Assembly (NCBI GenBank): GCA_040755515.1
Contig: JBFMAW010000008.1
Location: 135,016-199,015, forward strand
Length of the DNA stretch: 64,000 nt
Direction of reading: 5' to 3'
Origin: Thermodesulfobacteriota bacterium
GTDB lineage: Bacteria > Desulfobacterota > Desulfarculia > Adiutricales > JAGVGV01
This document shows, one piece after another, positions 20,056 to 31,369 of this stretch (its first letter is position 1; each line of letters begins with the position of its first letter). A program made the position numbers and the translations under genes. The notes below the pieces were generated by a model that was not told the DNA's origin, searched no databases, and saw nothing but the letters and a program-made list of their open reading frames with translations.

Positions 20056-22623
20056 TCAGGCCGGTCCCATGCCCCAATCGCCATCCATGTCCCAATCCCC
20101 GCCGCCGGTTTCTTCTCGGCCGCTGATGGGGCCTCCTCCAGACATGCCATCGCTCAGGACGAACAATCCGGCCACGTCCAAAATCAGCCCCACCCGGCCA
20201 TCTCCCAGGATACTGCCGCCGGCCAGGGCCTTTATGTGTTTGAGTCTTTCGCCCAGGCTCTTGATGACCACCTCTTGCTTGCCCAGGACCTCATCAACCA
20301 GAATGCACCGCTGCTCGCCTTCGTTCTCCACCACCACCACCAGAGCCTCGCTTGGGTCGGCCACGGCGCCGGCCGCGCCCAGGAGGTGACCCAGGCGCAC
20401 AAGAGGCAACAGATTCCGGCGCACCTTGATCATTTCACCCTGGTTCTTGACCGTATAAAAGTCCGTCCGGTTGGGCCGGAAAGATTCCCGGATGGCCACG
20501 GTGGGTAGGATGTAACGGTTGTCACCCACCCGGATGATCATGCCGTCAATTATAGCCAGGGTCAGCGGCAGTCGGATGGTAATGGTGCTGCCTTGGCCGA
20601 GACGCGAGCTGATTTCCACCTTGCCACGCAGTTTTTCTATGGTCTTCTTGACCACGTCCATGCCTACGCCCCGGCCCGAGACATCGGTTACCTTGTCCGC
20701 CGTGGAGAAACCCGGTTGGAAGATCAGGTTGTATATGGACGCCTCGGAAATACTATCATCCGGCGAAACCAGGCCTTTCTCGACAGCCTTGGCCAGTATT
20801 TTATCCCGGTTGAGACCCTGGCCGTCGTCCATGATCTGGATGACCACGTTGCCGCCTTGATGAAAAGCCTTGAGGTGTATGCGGCCCACGGGAGGCTTGC
20901 CCTTCTTCTCTCTATGTTCCGGCAATTCGATACCGTGGTCCACCGAGTTTCGGACCATGTGCACCAGGGGATCGGAAATGGCCTCGACCATGTTCCGGTC
21001 AATCTCCGTATCCTCGCCCGACAGGTCCAGTTCCACCAGCTTGCCGGACTTACGGGATAAGTCCCGCACCAGACGAATCATCTTCTGAAAGGTCTGGCGG
21101 ACCTCGACCATGCGCATGGACATGGCCGTGCGCTGCAGATCCGAGGTTATTCTGGACATGTGCCCCAAGTCCCGAATCAGCTTCTGGTCCTTGAGAGCGA
21201 ATATCTTATCGTTGGAACTAATCAGGGACTGGGCGATCACCAGTTCTCCCACCAGGTCCACTACGGAGTCCAGTTTAAGCGTATCCACTTTAACCGTCTG
21301 GCTGACCGCCGCGCCGGTTTGATCCGGCGGCCTCTTCTGCTCCCTCAGGGCGGCGGCCACATCCCGAGCCTCGGCCTGTTTCTCCCTGATTAGCAGTTCG
21401 CCCAGTTTTTGTTCTCGAAGGTTTTCCTGCTCCTGGATGACTTGAGATATAATCCGAGGGTCGGTCTTGCCGGTTTCGATCAGTATCTCCCCCAGTTTCT
21501 TGTCCTGCCGTTCGAGCTGAAGCCGCAGGGCTTCCTCCAGGTCTGGGGGCGAGAGCGCTCCTCTTTCCACTACCATTTCGCCTAGACGGCGCAGCCGGGA
21601 CACTTGCTGGGCCTGGAGGAGTCTTTCCAGTTCCTCCTCGGTGATCAATCCCTGCTCAATCAATATTTGGCCGAGTTTGAGGCCGCTGTAAGGCGAGACA
21701 GCGGGTACGGGCTCTTCCAGCGGTACGGCTTGCCGCACCGTCTTGATCCGTTCGATGAAGGCCGGCAGCCGGTAGTCGGCGGTCACGGCTTGATCCTTTT
21801 CGGCCGAAAACTTGAGATCGGTGATCATCTTCTTGAGCAGGTCCACCGCGTCCAGGATCAGGTCTATCAAGGCCGGCGTTACTTTAAGTCGTTCATTGCG
21901 GGCGTCGTCCAGCAGGTTTTCCACGTCGTGGGTTAGAATATGGACTTCCTTGAGGTTGAGGAAGCCGGAGACGCCTTTGATGGTGTGGAAAGGCCGGAAG
22001 ACGGCGTTGATGATTTCCACGTTTTCCGGTTCTTGTTCGAGGGAGACAAGATTGACCTCGATGGATTCTATGTGCTCCAGGGATTCACTGATGAACCCGA
22101 AAAAGAGATCCTGGTCCTGACTGGCTTCATAAGCCACCTCGACCGGTGGTTCGGTCTTCTTTTCCCGTGACGCGGCCTCATCCGTCTCGGCCTGGGCCTG
22201 AGGCCGGGTTTCCTCCGTGGCCGGGGCCGGTGTCTGGGCCTGGGCTGGCCCCGCCGGAGGCGTAAGTTCAATATTGACCGAGGACTTCAAACCGGCCAGA
22301 AATTTGGAAAGGTCTCCCCCATAGACCGCGCCGGCGCTCAGGCTCCGTTCGATCTCTTGCAGCAGGCCCACGCCCTGATTGACCACTTCGGCGGCCTGGT
22401 TTTTATCCTTGGTCTTTTCGAGGATTATGGCCTCGATGGTTTTCCGAACCCCGGACAGGACCAGATCGGCTTCAGCGCTGCCGAGGGGAGAAAAGGCTTC
22501 GGCCAGTTTCTCCGCTTTTTCCAGGATTTCGCCCAAAGAGATCAGGTTCTCCGGGTCGAGCATGACCAGAGCCAGGCTAAGTTCGTCCAGCCGGCGGCGC
22601 AGTGGGGATTCTTCCGAAGGCAT
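20056..22623 (-). CDS. cheA: Chemotaxis histidine kinase CheA with four internal MshEN motifs
   Basis: HPT (FRPFHTIKG), dimerisation (LDSVVDLVGELVI), HATPase (RNSVDHG, GFSTADKVTDVSGRGVGMDVV), C-terminal CheW domain. Confidence 0.96.
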   Translation of the reverse strand: MPSEESPLRRRLDELSLALVMLDPENLISLGEILEKAEKLAEAFSPLGSAEADLVLSGVRKTIEAIILEKTKDKNQAAEVVNQGVGLLQEIERSLSAGAVYGGDLSKFLAGLKSSVNIELTPPAGPAQAQTPAPATEETRPQAQAETDEAASREKKTEPPVEVAYEASQDQDLFFGFISESLEHIESIEVNLVSLEQEPENVEIINAVFRPFHTIKGVSGFLNLKEVHILTHDVENLLDDARNERLKVTPALIDLILDAVDLLKKMITDLKFSAEKDQAVTADYRLPAFIERIKTVRQAVPLEEPVPAVSPYSGLKLGQILIEQGLITEEELERLLQAQQVSRLRRLGEMVVERGALSPPDLEEALRLQLERQDKKLGEILIETGKTDPRIISQVIQEQENLREQKLGELLIREKQAEARDVAAALREQKRPPDQTGAAVSQTVKVDTLKLDSVVDLVGELVIAQSLISSNDKIFALKDQKLIRDLGHMSRITSDLQRTAMSMRMVEVRQTFQKMIRLVRDLSRKSGKLVELDLSGEDTEIDRNMVEAISDPLVHMVRNSVDHGIELPEHREKKGKPPVGRIHLKAFHQGGNVVIQIMDDGQGLNRDKILAKAVEKGLVSPDDSISEASIYNLIFQPGFSTADKVTDVSGRGVGMDVVKKTIEKLRGKVEISSRLGQGSTITIRLPLTLAIIDGMIIRVGDNRYILPTVAIRESFRPNRTDFYTVKNQGEMIKVRRNLLPLVRLGHLLGAAGAVADPSEALVVVVENEGEQRCILVDEVLGKQEVVIKSLGERLKHIKALAGGSILGDGRVGLILDVAGLFVLSDGMSGGGPISGREETGGGDWDMDGDWGMGPA

Positions 22624-22632
22624 GCCGTCACC

Positions 22633-23028
22633 TCAACGGTTGAGGACCATGGAACTCCGCCAGCGCTGGACTCTGTCGCGGGCCTGGTTCAAGGCCTTGA
22701 CCAGCACATCCATGTCGGTGAAAGGCTTGACGAAGTAGTCCACGGCTCCTGACCCTAGGCAGTCCACCACGTTGGCCATGGATGAATAGCCGGTCATCAT
22801 GATGACATTGGCCAAGGGATTTATTCTTTTGATCTCCCGTAACAACTCGACGCCGCTCAAGCCGGGCATCTTGATGTCCGTCAACACTAAGGCGAACAAA
22901 TCCCTTTTCATAAGATCGAGGGCTTCGTAAGGGCTGGTGCATAAAATGACTTCATAGGCTTCCAACTCCAGGTTTCGACGGAGCATCTGCAGGATTTCCT
23001 CTTCGTCGTCCACGATTAGAATCTTCAT
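22633..23028 (-). CDS. Single-domain response regulator
   Basis: ILIVDDE, LTDIKMP, MTGY and KPF motifs; start overlaps the stop of the upstream gene (ATGA). Confidence 0.9.
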   Translation of the reverse strand: MKILIVDDEEEILQMLRRNLELEAYEVILCTSPYEALDLMKRDLFALVLTDIKMPGLSGVELLREIKRINPLANVIMMTGYSSMANVVDCLGSGAVDYFVKPFTDMDVLVKALNQARDRVQRWRSSMVLNR

Positions 23029-24179
23029 GACAGGCTCCTGGTTTCGAAAGTGTTTAATCCGATGTTGAATCTGGCGCCCTGGTTTTCCCGGCTGGTAAAA
23101 AACACCCTGCCGCCGCAACCGTTTACCAGCGCGTATACCTTGGACAGGCCCAGACCGGGCCGGCCGATTCTGGGGTCGGTGGTGAAGAAGGGAGTGAAAA
23201 TTTTATCCTGGTGTTCCGGCAGGATGCCCGGACCGTTGTCCGCCACCACCAGAAAGACCTCCTGGGAGGAAGTCTGGCTGGTGGTGATTTCGATCTCCGG
23301 TACCGGCCGGCCGGAGACGGCCATGGCGCCGTTTTTAAGCAGTTCGACCACGACCTCGACCAGGCTCTCCGGCGTACCGCGGACCAGGGGCAGGTTTCCG
23401 GCCAGGTTGAGTTTGACCTGGATGCCGGACGAAGCCAGGTCAACGATCTTGAGGGCCTCAGTCACGCAGCGGTTCAGATCAATGGTCTGTCCGGTGCCAG
23501 GTTGCATTCCGGCCAACACGGCCGTGTTAGCCACTATGGACTTGATGCGGTCGGTGGCGCCCAGCATGGCCTCCAGCGTCTGGGGGACTTCGCGCATGAT
23601 GTAGTCTAAATTGGACGGACAAGTCACGCCGGCCTTGGCCGCCGACCTCAGGAATGGCTCCAGCACGGTCCAGAATTTCCTCATGATCTGGATATTACCC
23701 CGGAGGACGGCGTTAGGGTTGTTGATCTCATGGGCCACGCCGGCGACAATGATCCCCAACTCCGCCATTTTCCTGGCCTGGATCAGGCGCTCCTCCTGCT
23801 CCTTGAGCCGCCGGGTCATCTCCCGCCTCCGTTCCACGGCCTTGACCGATAACTCCATTTCTTCCAGGTTGACCGGCTTAAGCAGATAGTTGACGGCGCC
23901 GCTGCGCAGGGCTTCCAAGGATGTATCCATATCACCGTAACCGGTGACCATGATCACGTCCGTCTCCGCTTTTTCCTGTTTGATCGCCCTCAAGAGTTCG
24001 AGACCGTCCATCCTGGGCATCCGGATGTCGGTTACGACGATATCAAAGGGGCTCTGGCGAAAGACCTTGAGGGCCTCTTCGCCGTCGTCCGCTACTTCAA
24101 CGTCGTGACCCATGCTTCTAAGTTGAAGACGGAGCGGTTCCCGCATCGGCCTGGAATCGTCAACCAGCAGAATCCTCAT
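23025..24179 (-). CDS. Hybrid REC-histidine kinase (no sensor domain)
   Basis: REC (VDDS, TDIRMP), H-box VAHEINNP, DNGPGI, FTPFFTT and GLGL boxes. Confidence 0.9.
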   Translation of the reverse strand: MRILLVDDSRPMREPLRLQLRSMGHDVEVADDGEEALKVFRQSPFDIVVTDIRMPRMDGLELLRAIKQEKAETDVIMVTGYGDMDTSLEALRSGAVNYLLKPVNLEEMELSVKAVERRREMTRRLKEQEERLIQARKMAELGIIVAGVAHEINNPNAVLRGNIQIMRKFWTVLEPFLRSAAKAGVTCPSNLDYIMREVPQTLEAMLGATDRIKSIVANTAVLAGMQPGTGQTIDLNRCVTEALKIVDLASSGIQVKLNLAGNLPLVRGTPESLVEVVVELLKNGAMAVSGRPVPEIEITTSQTSSQEVFLVVADNGPGILPEHQDKIFTPFFTTDPRIGRPGLGLSKVYALVNGCGGRVFFTSRENQGARFNIGLNTFETRSLS

Positions 24180-24474
24180 GTGACCAGTTCCCTCAAACTC
24201 ATGACCGCATCAAGGTGGAATGATCGCCGCAACGATCCGCTTGTTCCTGGTCGCAAGCCGACCCGAGTCGGCCTCAACTATGTTGCCGACAAGGCCATAT
24301 TCAGTCAGGATCGGTGAAACCAGTAAGGAAATCATGTTCTGGATCGTTAGTTTCCCGATCATTTTTATTTATAAAACATCCCCAGGGGAAATGCAATTGA
24401 ACCCTTAAAATAACCGTTCCTATCACGATAGGCCTTCCATTCGGGTTGAATACCGGCTCCACTACCGCTATTAT

Positions 24475-26205
24475 ATGGACGACATGGTACAGGACAATGG
24501 ACAGATCCTACGGCCGGCGGATGAAAATGACGCCGCGACCGACTCGGCGGCTCAGTTGGAGACGTATAAAAAGACCCTGACCGAAATCTATGCGTTATAC
24601 GACAAGAAAATCGAAGAACTTTCCCTGATCCGCCGCATCGGTGATTCCATTCGGACCCCCCTGGACCTGGAAACCTTGTGCGTGAATATAATAGAAACCG
24701 TGGTCCGGGAAATCTCCGTGGACTACCTGGCCTTGCTCCTGGTGGACCTCGATCAGTGTAGTCTGGTATTGCGGGTCTCCTATGACGCCGGTCAGGACGA
24801 AACCCGCTTTTATCCTGGAGAAACGTCCCGGAATTGGCCTTTGAAGGAGGGCCTGTTAGGCCGGGCGGCCCAGAGAGGAGAGCCGGTGATTCTGGCCGGA
24901 GCCAGTCCTGATCCGGATTTTCTGGACATGGATGGAGGCCGGGCTGTTTCCTTGCTTTTGCTGCCCCTGATGGCCAGACACCAGACGGTCGGCCTGTTCC
25001 GTCTCAGCCGCTCGGAAACTCAGCCTTTCGGGCCCGACGAGGCCAGGATTCTGGCCATTCTGGCCGATCAGGCGGCCATCGCCCTGGCCAACGTCCAACT
25101 GGTCGACGAACTGACTGAGACCAATGTCAGGTTGAGGGAATCGGAACGACAGGCTCACCAGACCAGCCTTTACCTGGAAAGCCTGCTCGAAGCGGCCAAC
25201 GATGTGATCTTCACCCTGGACGAACAAGGTATGATCACCTACGTCAACCGGAAGGCTGGCGAGTGGGGGTACGCCAAGGAGGACCTGATCGGCCGGCCCT
25301 TTGAAGCCCTGATGATGGATTCCGAACGGTCGGCCAGGCTGATAGGCCGGCTGGCCAAACAGGCCGGCGAGGTGCTGGAGGTGGGGCTCAGGACCGCGGC
25401 CGGCGAGCCCCGGGACGTGCTTCTATCCACTTCTCACATTTCCAAGGAAGACGGTCCGGGCCAGGGCGCAGCCGCTTACCTGTTGCTGGCCCGGGACATC
25501 ACCCAAAGGAAACAGCTCGAGAAGCAGCTTTTTCACTCCGAGAAATTGGCCAGCATAGGCATTCTGGCCGCGGGCGTGGCCCACGAGATCGGCAACCCAC
25601 TTTCGGCCATCTCCGGATACACCCAGATATTACAGAGCGGAGCTTCACCCGAAGAAACGCTTGAATACCTCGAGGCCATCGAGGATCAGACTAGGCGGAT
25701 CGGCCGCATCATCGAGGACCTACTCAACTTTTCCCGGCCGTCGGCCGGTCTCCGTTCGGAGATACAACTCTCCGAAGCCCTGCCCCAGGTCATGTCCATG
25801 CTTTCCTCCCAGAGGGCCTTCAAGAAGATGACCGTCGAGTACGACCTGGCCGCGGACGTACCGCCGGTCAGCCTGGACCGGGACAACCTGGCCCAAATCA
25901 TAATCAACATCGCCCTGAACGCGGCCCAGGCCATGCCCGAGGGCGGCCGGCTGACCATATCCCTGGACCGCCAGGACGACCTGGTCAGAATAAGGCTGGC
26001 CGATACCGGCCCAGGCATCCCGCCGGAAATACAGAGCCGCATCTTCGATCCCTTTTTCACTACCAAGCCGGCCGGACAAGGCACGGGCCTGGGACTGGCC
26101 ATCTGCCACCGGATCGTGGAAAGCTACCGAGGTTCGATCAGCGTTAATAGCCGGCCCGGTCTGGGCACGACCTTCACCGTGCTTCTGCCGGCCGCCGGCG
26201 CCTGA
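24475..26205 (+). CDS. Cytoplasmic GAF-PAS sensor histidine kinase
   Basis: GAF (LPLMAR...LADQAAIAL), PAS (DVIFTLD..G.ITYVN), AHEIGNPL, DTGPGI, GTGLGL. Confidence 0.92.
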   Translation: MDDMVQDNGQILRPADENDAATDSAAQLETYKKTLTEIYALYDKKIEELSLIRRIGDSIRTPLDLETLCVNIIETVVREISVDYLALLLVDLDQCSLVLRVSYDAGQDETRFYPGETSRNWPLKEGLLGRAAQRGEPVILAGASPDPDFLDMDGGRAVSLLLLPLMARHQTVGLFRLSRSETQPFGPDEARILAILADQAAIALANVQLVDELTETNVRLRESERQAHQTSLYLESLLEAANDVIFTLDEQGMITYVNRKAGEWGYAKEDLIGRPFEALMMDSERSARLIGRLAKQAGEVLEVGLRTAAGEPRDVLLSTSHISKEDGPGQGAAAYLLLARDITQRKQLEKQLFHSEKLASIGILAAGVAHEIGNPLSAISGYTQILQSGASPEETLEYLEAIEDQTRRIGRIIEDLLNFSRPSAGLRSEIQLSEALPQVMSMLSSQRAFKKMTVEYDLAADVPPVSLDRDNLAQIIINIALNAAQAMPEGGRLTISLDRQDDLVRIRLADTGPGIPPEIQSRIFDPFFTTKPAGQGTGLGLAICHRIVESYRGSISVNSRPGLGTTFTVLLPAAGA

Positions 26206-26216
26206 AGGACAAGATC

Positions 26217-27605
<1,389 letters not shown>

Positions 27606-27635
27606 TACTCCGGGTACTCCACCCACCATCGCGGA

Positions 27636-27865
27636 TGTGCAGGTGCCTGCACATTTAAATGTGAATCAGAAGTAACAGCAGTCCGTTTTCAGCGCCGGAT
27701 CATACTGTCTAATTTTTGTTAAACAAATACCATATATTGCTTAGATGAACCTTGGCCGGACCTCGAAACGGTCTGAAGTTGGGCTCTATCTTTTCCTCAC
27801 CTTCTCTCAGCCCGAGCCTTAGAAAAACATCAAGTGAAACTTGATGATGTGAAACGGGCTTCACG
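27636..27865. promoter_or_regulatory. Three 18-bp TGT-N12-AC(A/G) palindromic sites, candidate enhancers for a sigma54 activator
   Basis: TGTGCAGGTGCCTGCACA (27636-27653), TGTGAATCAGAAGTAACA (27660-27677), TGTGAAACGGGCTTCACG (27848-27865). Confidence 0.5.
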
Positions 27866-27937
27866 CTTCTAGGCGAAAATATGGCGGTATTTAATATAAC
27901 ATAACGAATAAATTGATTAAATATCATTTGATCTGCT

Positions 27938-27953
27938 TTGGCCCGACTCTTGC
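27938..27953 (+). promoter_or_regulatory. Sigma54 (-24/-12) promoter of the J-domain gene
   Basis: TTGGCCCGACTCTTGC with exact GG-N10-GC spacing; AT-rich IHF-like tract just upstream. Confidence 0.7.
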
Positions 27954-27993
27954 CCTATAGCAGATCGAGAAGTTCGACCGGGAGGGTGAGGAG

Positions 27994-28611
27994 ATGGCCA
28001 ACCACTATGATACGCTCAATCTTACGCCCCAGGCCACTGAAGGCGAGATCAAGGCTTCGTACCGGCGTTTGGCCAAGCAATTCCATCCCGACGCGGCTGG
28101 CCCAGGCGGCGATCCGGACAGGTTTAGAAAAGTTTATGAAGCCTACAAAGCCCTCATCCAGGAACTGGATCATTTGAGCGACCAGGTCGATCATAAACAA
28201 GATAAACGCGGCCGGGAGTGGCGGTTCGAAGGCGTCCGGGAAAACGGCCTGGACGTGATTTATCACCTGGGGCTGAGTCCGGCGGTGGCTCGAAACGGAC
28301 TAAAGCTGGTTCTGCCTTACAAAGCCCAGGAGGCCTGTCCGCGTTGCCTGGGCGAGGGGCACACGCTGGCCCCTATTTTCGGCGGGCCGCATTTGAGAAG
28401 GATGCCCTGCCCCAAGTGTCAGGGTCGCGGTATTCTTGTTTACGATTCCATGATGAACATCGAGTTGAAGCCCGAGGCGACGAAACAAGGCCGGGTGGTG
28501 CTCAAGAACCTGGGCCAATACCAACCTCTCCAGGGCCGAAGGGGCGACCTTATCCTGGAGATAAGAGTGGACGGTGGCGGAAGTGGCTTGGGCGGACTTT
28601 GGGCTTCCTGA
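27994..28611 (+). CDS. Short DnaJ-like protein (J domain plus one zinc site)
   Basis: HPD motif; CPRCLGEG and CPKCQGRG; GDLILEI. Confidence 0.88.
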   Translation: MANHYDTLNLTPQATEGEIKASYRRLAKQFHPDAAGPGGDPDRFRKVYEAYKALIQELDHLSDQVDHKQDKRGREWRFEGVRENGLDVIYHLGLSPAVARNGLKLVLPYKAQEACPRCLGEGHTLAPIFGGPHLRRMPCPKCQGRGILVYDSMMNIELKPEATKQGRVVLKNLGQYQPLQGRRGDLILEIRVDGGGSGLGGLWAS

Positions 28612-28612
28612 C

Positions 28613-30082
28613 TCAGCGGGAGGCAATCGGCGAGTTGTTCTGGCTCAGACTTTCGATCAGCGTCTCCGCCAGGGCCAGGGCTTGTCCACGGTCCGTCACC
28701 CGGCCCAGGGCTTGTTCTTCGAGAATGGCTTCCAATATCCTTCCGAGCAAAGGTGAAGGCTTGAGGTTGAAGGCGGCCATGAGGTCGCGGCCGCCGAGCA
28801 ACCGTGGCTGGGTCGCCAGAGCCAGCTTCTGTTTCCTTATTTCGCCTAATATCTCCAGGATGAAGGTCTGAAAAGCAGGCAGGCCGCCTCGGTCTACCTG
28901 ATCCGGTCCGGCCGTGGCCGCGGCGTCGGCCAGGGCATGCAAGACCAGTCCCCAGAGGTGGTCCCCCAGATCGCGTCCGAGTCTGTACAGGGCTCGGGTT
29001 GTCAGCCGGCCGCTCAAGCGGGTCTCCCATAAATGAAAGGGCCGCAAATGATTCTTTACCAGCAGCCTCACCAAGTCCGTTTCCTCCCCGGACAACTTCA
29101 GCTTGCCGGCCAGGTCCGCGGCCGTTTTCTCGCCGATCTTTTCATGGCCGAAAAAATGGACTCCGGTCGCGTCCTCGCTCCTGGCCGCTGGTTTGCCCAG
29201 ATCATGAAACAGGACGGTCAGTTTGAGCAGGGCCGGCCGGAATGAGTTGGCCAGGTAAGCCTTTATTTCCGGAACATGCCCGGGACAAGCCAAGTTGGGA
29301 TCGGCCAGAAATTCTTCCAGTCGGGCCAGGGCCAGAAGGGTGTGGTCCAGAACGTCCAGGTGGTGGAAGCCGCCTTGCCGGCAGTCCCGGAGAGGCGTGG
29401 TTTCAGGGATCAAGGCCTCCCATAGGCCGGTTTCCAGCATGGCCAGGATCACCGGCCGGCAATTGGGAGCGGACAGGAGCAACAGGAGTTCTTCCCTCAG
29501 TCGCTCGCCGGCCGAACGGTTGATCATGGAGGCTCGCCGGCGCACTAGTGTCAGGCTTTCCGGATCGGGTTTGAAGTTCAAGGCCGCACTGAAGCGAAAC
29601 AGGCGGAGCAGCCGCAGGGGGTCGTCCAACACGGCCTGTTCCGAGACAAAGCGGACGATTCCTTCTTCCAGGTCCCGGCGGCCTCGACCGCAGTCAATTA
29701 TGCCGGACCGGTCAAGACTTTTCAGGTCAAGGGCCAGGGCATTGATGGTCAGGTCCCTCCGGGCCAGGTCAGCTTCAATGGCGCCGTCCAAGGGGCCGAG
29801 GTCCAGGGTCAAGTCCGGCAGAACGAAGCGATACACTATCTGGGGCCATCGGCCCAAGGTTACGGCCTTGACTCCCAACCAGCCGGCCGCTCGTTCGGCC
29901 AGTTCGCTGGTCAAACCGGCCACGGCCAAGTCCAGGTCCCGCGCGGGCCGGCCGAGGATCAGGTCCCGGACCGCGCCGCCCACCAGAAAAACCCGATCGG
30001 GGCTAAGGGCCAGGACGGCGGCCAGAGCCGGATGTCCGGCCAGGCCGGCCAGCCTTTGCTCCAGATTGGCTTTCATTTCCAC
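28613..30082 (-). CDS. Class II tRNA nucleotidyltransferase with HD domain (probably CC-adding type)
   Basis: VGGAVRD..DLD, DLARRDLTINA, DDPLRLLR, HHLDVLDH...HDLGK. Confidence 0.88.
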   Translation of the reverse strand: MEMKANLEQRLAGLAGHPALAAVLALSPDRVFLVGGAVRDLILGRPARDLDLAVAGLTSELAERAAGWLGVKAVTLGRWPQIVYRFVLPDLTLDLGPLDGAIEADLARRDLTINALALDLKSLDRSGIIDCGRGRRDLEEGIVRFVSEQAVLDDPLRLLRLFRFSAALNFKPDPESLTLVRRRASMINRSAGERLREELLLLLSAPNCRPVILAMLETGLWEALIPETTPLRDCRQGGFHHLDVLDHTLLALARLEEFLADPNLACPGHVPEIKAYLANSFRPALLKLTVLFHDLGKPAARSEDATGVHFFGHEKIGEKTAADLAGKLKLSGEETDLVRLLVKNHLRPFHLWETRLSGRLTTRALYRLGRDLGDHLWGLVLHALADAAATAGPDQVDRGGLPAFQTFILEILGEIRKQKLALATQPRLLGGRDLMAAFNLKPSPLLGRILEAILEEQALGRVTDRGQALALAETLIESLSQNNSPIASR

Positions 30083-30092
30083 CGGCCCGCCT

Positions 30093-30917
30093 TCAGTCCA
30101 GAGACCAGGGCCATAACTTGGCCAGGGCGATCAAAGACGGCCGAAGCTGTTCCTCGTAATGGGGTTCCATGGTCACCAGTGGTTGAAGATTTTGCGAATT
30201 CAGCCAAGCGAACAAGGCTTGGAAGTCAATCCGGCCCCGGCCGATGGCCAGGTGTTCGTCATATCGGCCGTGGTTGTCGTGCAGGTGTAGGGCGGCCAGG
30301 CGGACCCTTAGAGCCTCAAGCCAAGCCATGATCGAAGCCCGGCCAAAGACCGTGGCGTGGCCCACGTCCAGGCAGAAGCCCACGCCTTCCGGCGCCAGGG
30401 CTTCCAGCAGACGCGCTAGTTCCTCCGGACCGTTTTCATAGACGTTTTCCAGGACCAGCCCGAAGCCCAGTTCCCTGGCCCGGCGGCTCAAGGGCCGCCA
30501 GGTTTCCAGACTCGTTTCCAGCCAACGGTCCGGGGAATCCCCGTACCGGGTTTCGTCATAATTGGCGTGATAGACCACGTGCAGCGGGTGGAAAAGGGCC
30601 GCCGTTTCCAGGGATTGGTCCATTCGGCGGCGGGTGGCTTCAAGTATAAGCCGGTCGGCGGCGCCCGGGGCCAGGTCCATGAACGGTCCGTGAACCGTGG
30701 GTTTCAGCCCGGCCTGGTCCAGTTTCCGGGCCAGGGTTTCCATTTCCGCTCTCGACAGGGTATCCAAAGCCTTTCCGTCCAGACCCACCTCGGGGTGCAC
30801 CCGCCAGGCCACGATTTTTTCCAGGAGTCCATCCTTCAGCCTGGTGGCGGGAGCGTTGACCTTCACCCTAGCCAGGACGGCTCTTTCATTTGATGGCAGC
30901 TCGTCGGGGTCAATCAT
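30093..30917 (-). CDS. Sugar phosphate isomerase/epimerase (AP endonuclease 2 TIM barrel)
   Basis: VHGPF, LENV, LDVGH, HLHDN..G..DEH and MEPH metal ligands. Confidence 0.85.
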   Translation of the reverse strand: MIDPDELPSNERAVLARVKVNAPATRLKDGLLEKIVAWRVHPEVGLDGKALDTLSRAEMETLARKLDQAGLKPTVHGPFMDLAPGAADRLILEATRRRMDQSLETAALFHPLHVVYHANYDETRYGDSPDRWLETSLETWRPLSRRARELGFGLVLENVYENGPEELARLLEALAPEGVGFCLDVGHATVFGRASIMAWLEALRVRLAALHLHDNHGRYDEHLAIGRGRIDFQALFAWLNSQNLQPLVTMEPHYEEQLRPSLIALAKLWPWSLD

Positions 30918-31009
30918 CCTATCTCCTTCGGCCCGGCCGGGGCATTGACATGGTCTCGGTTGTTGGCCTATCCTGAAAATCGAGGCATTTCTCTTGTCAA
31001 GGCGGCCTG

Positions 31010-31369
31010 ATGAATAGAAGAATCCTGGCGCCCTTATGTTCGGCCTTTGTCTTACCCGGCCTCGGACAGATAGTCAACCGCCAAATAGGCAAAGGCGTGA
31101 TCATGATAATGGCCGTGAGCCTTATATTTCTGGCCGTGGTGCTCAAGGTGTTTATGGACCTGTCCGCGGTCATGGGACAACTGATGGGACCGGACCTGAC
31201 CCTGAGCGACGATAAGCTGCCCCTTTTCCTGGCCGGGTTGCGGGCCCGGAACCTGACGCCCTTGTTCATTCTGTTGATTCTCGGCTTCGCCTTGTGGGCA
31301 TACAGCGTCATTGACGCCTATGTCTACAGTCGGAAAGAGGAGGCCAAGATCGACGGAGACCGGCAATGA
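31010..31369 (+). CDS. Small membrane protein
   Basis: SAFVLPGLGQ and WAYSVIDAY motifs; three hydrophobic segments. Confidence 0.75.
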   Translation: MNRRILAPLCSAFVLPGLGQIVNRQIGKGVIMIMAVSLIFLAVVLKVFMDLSAVMGQLMGPDLTLSDDKLPLFLAGLRARNLTPLFILLILGFALWAYSVIDAYVYSRKEEAKIDGDRQ

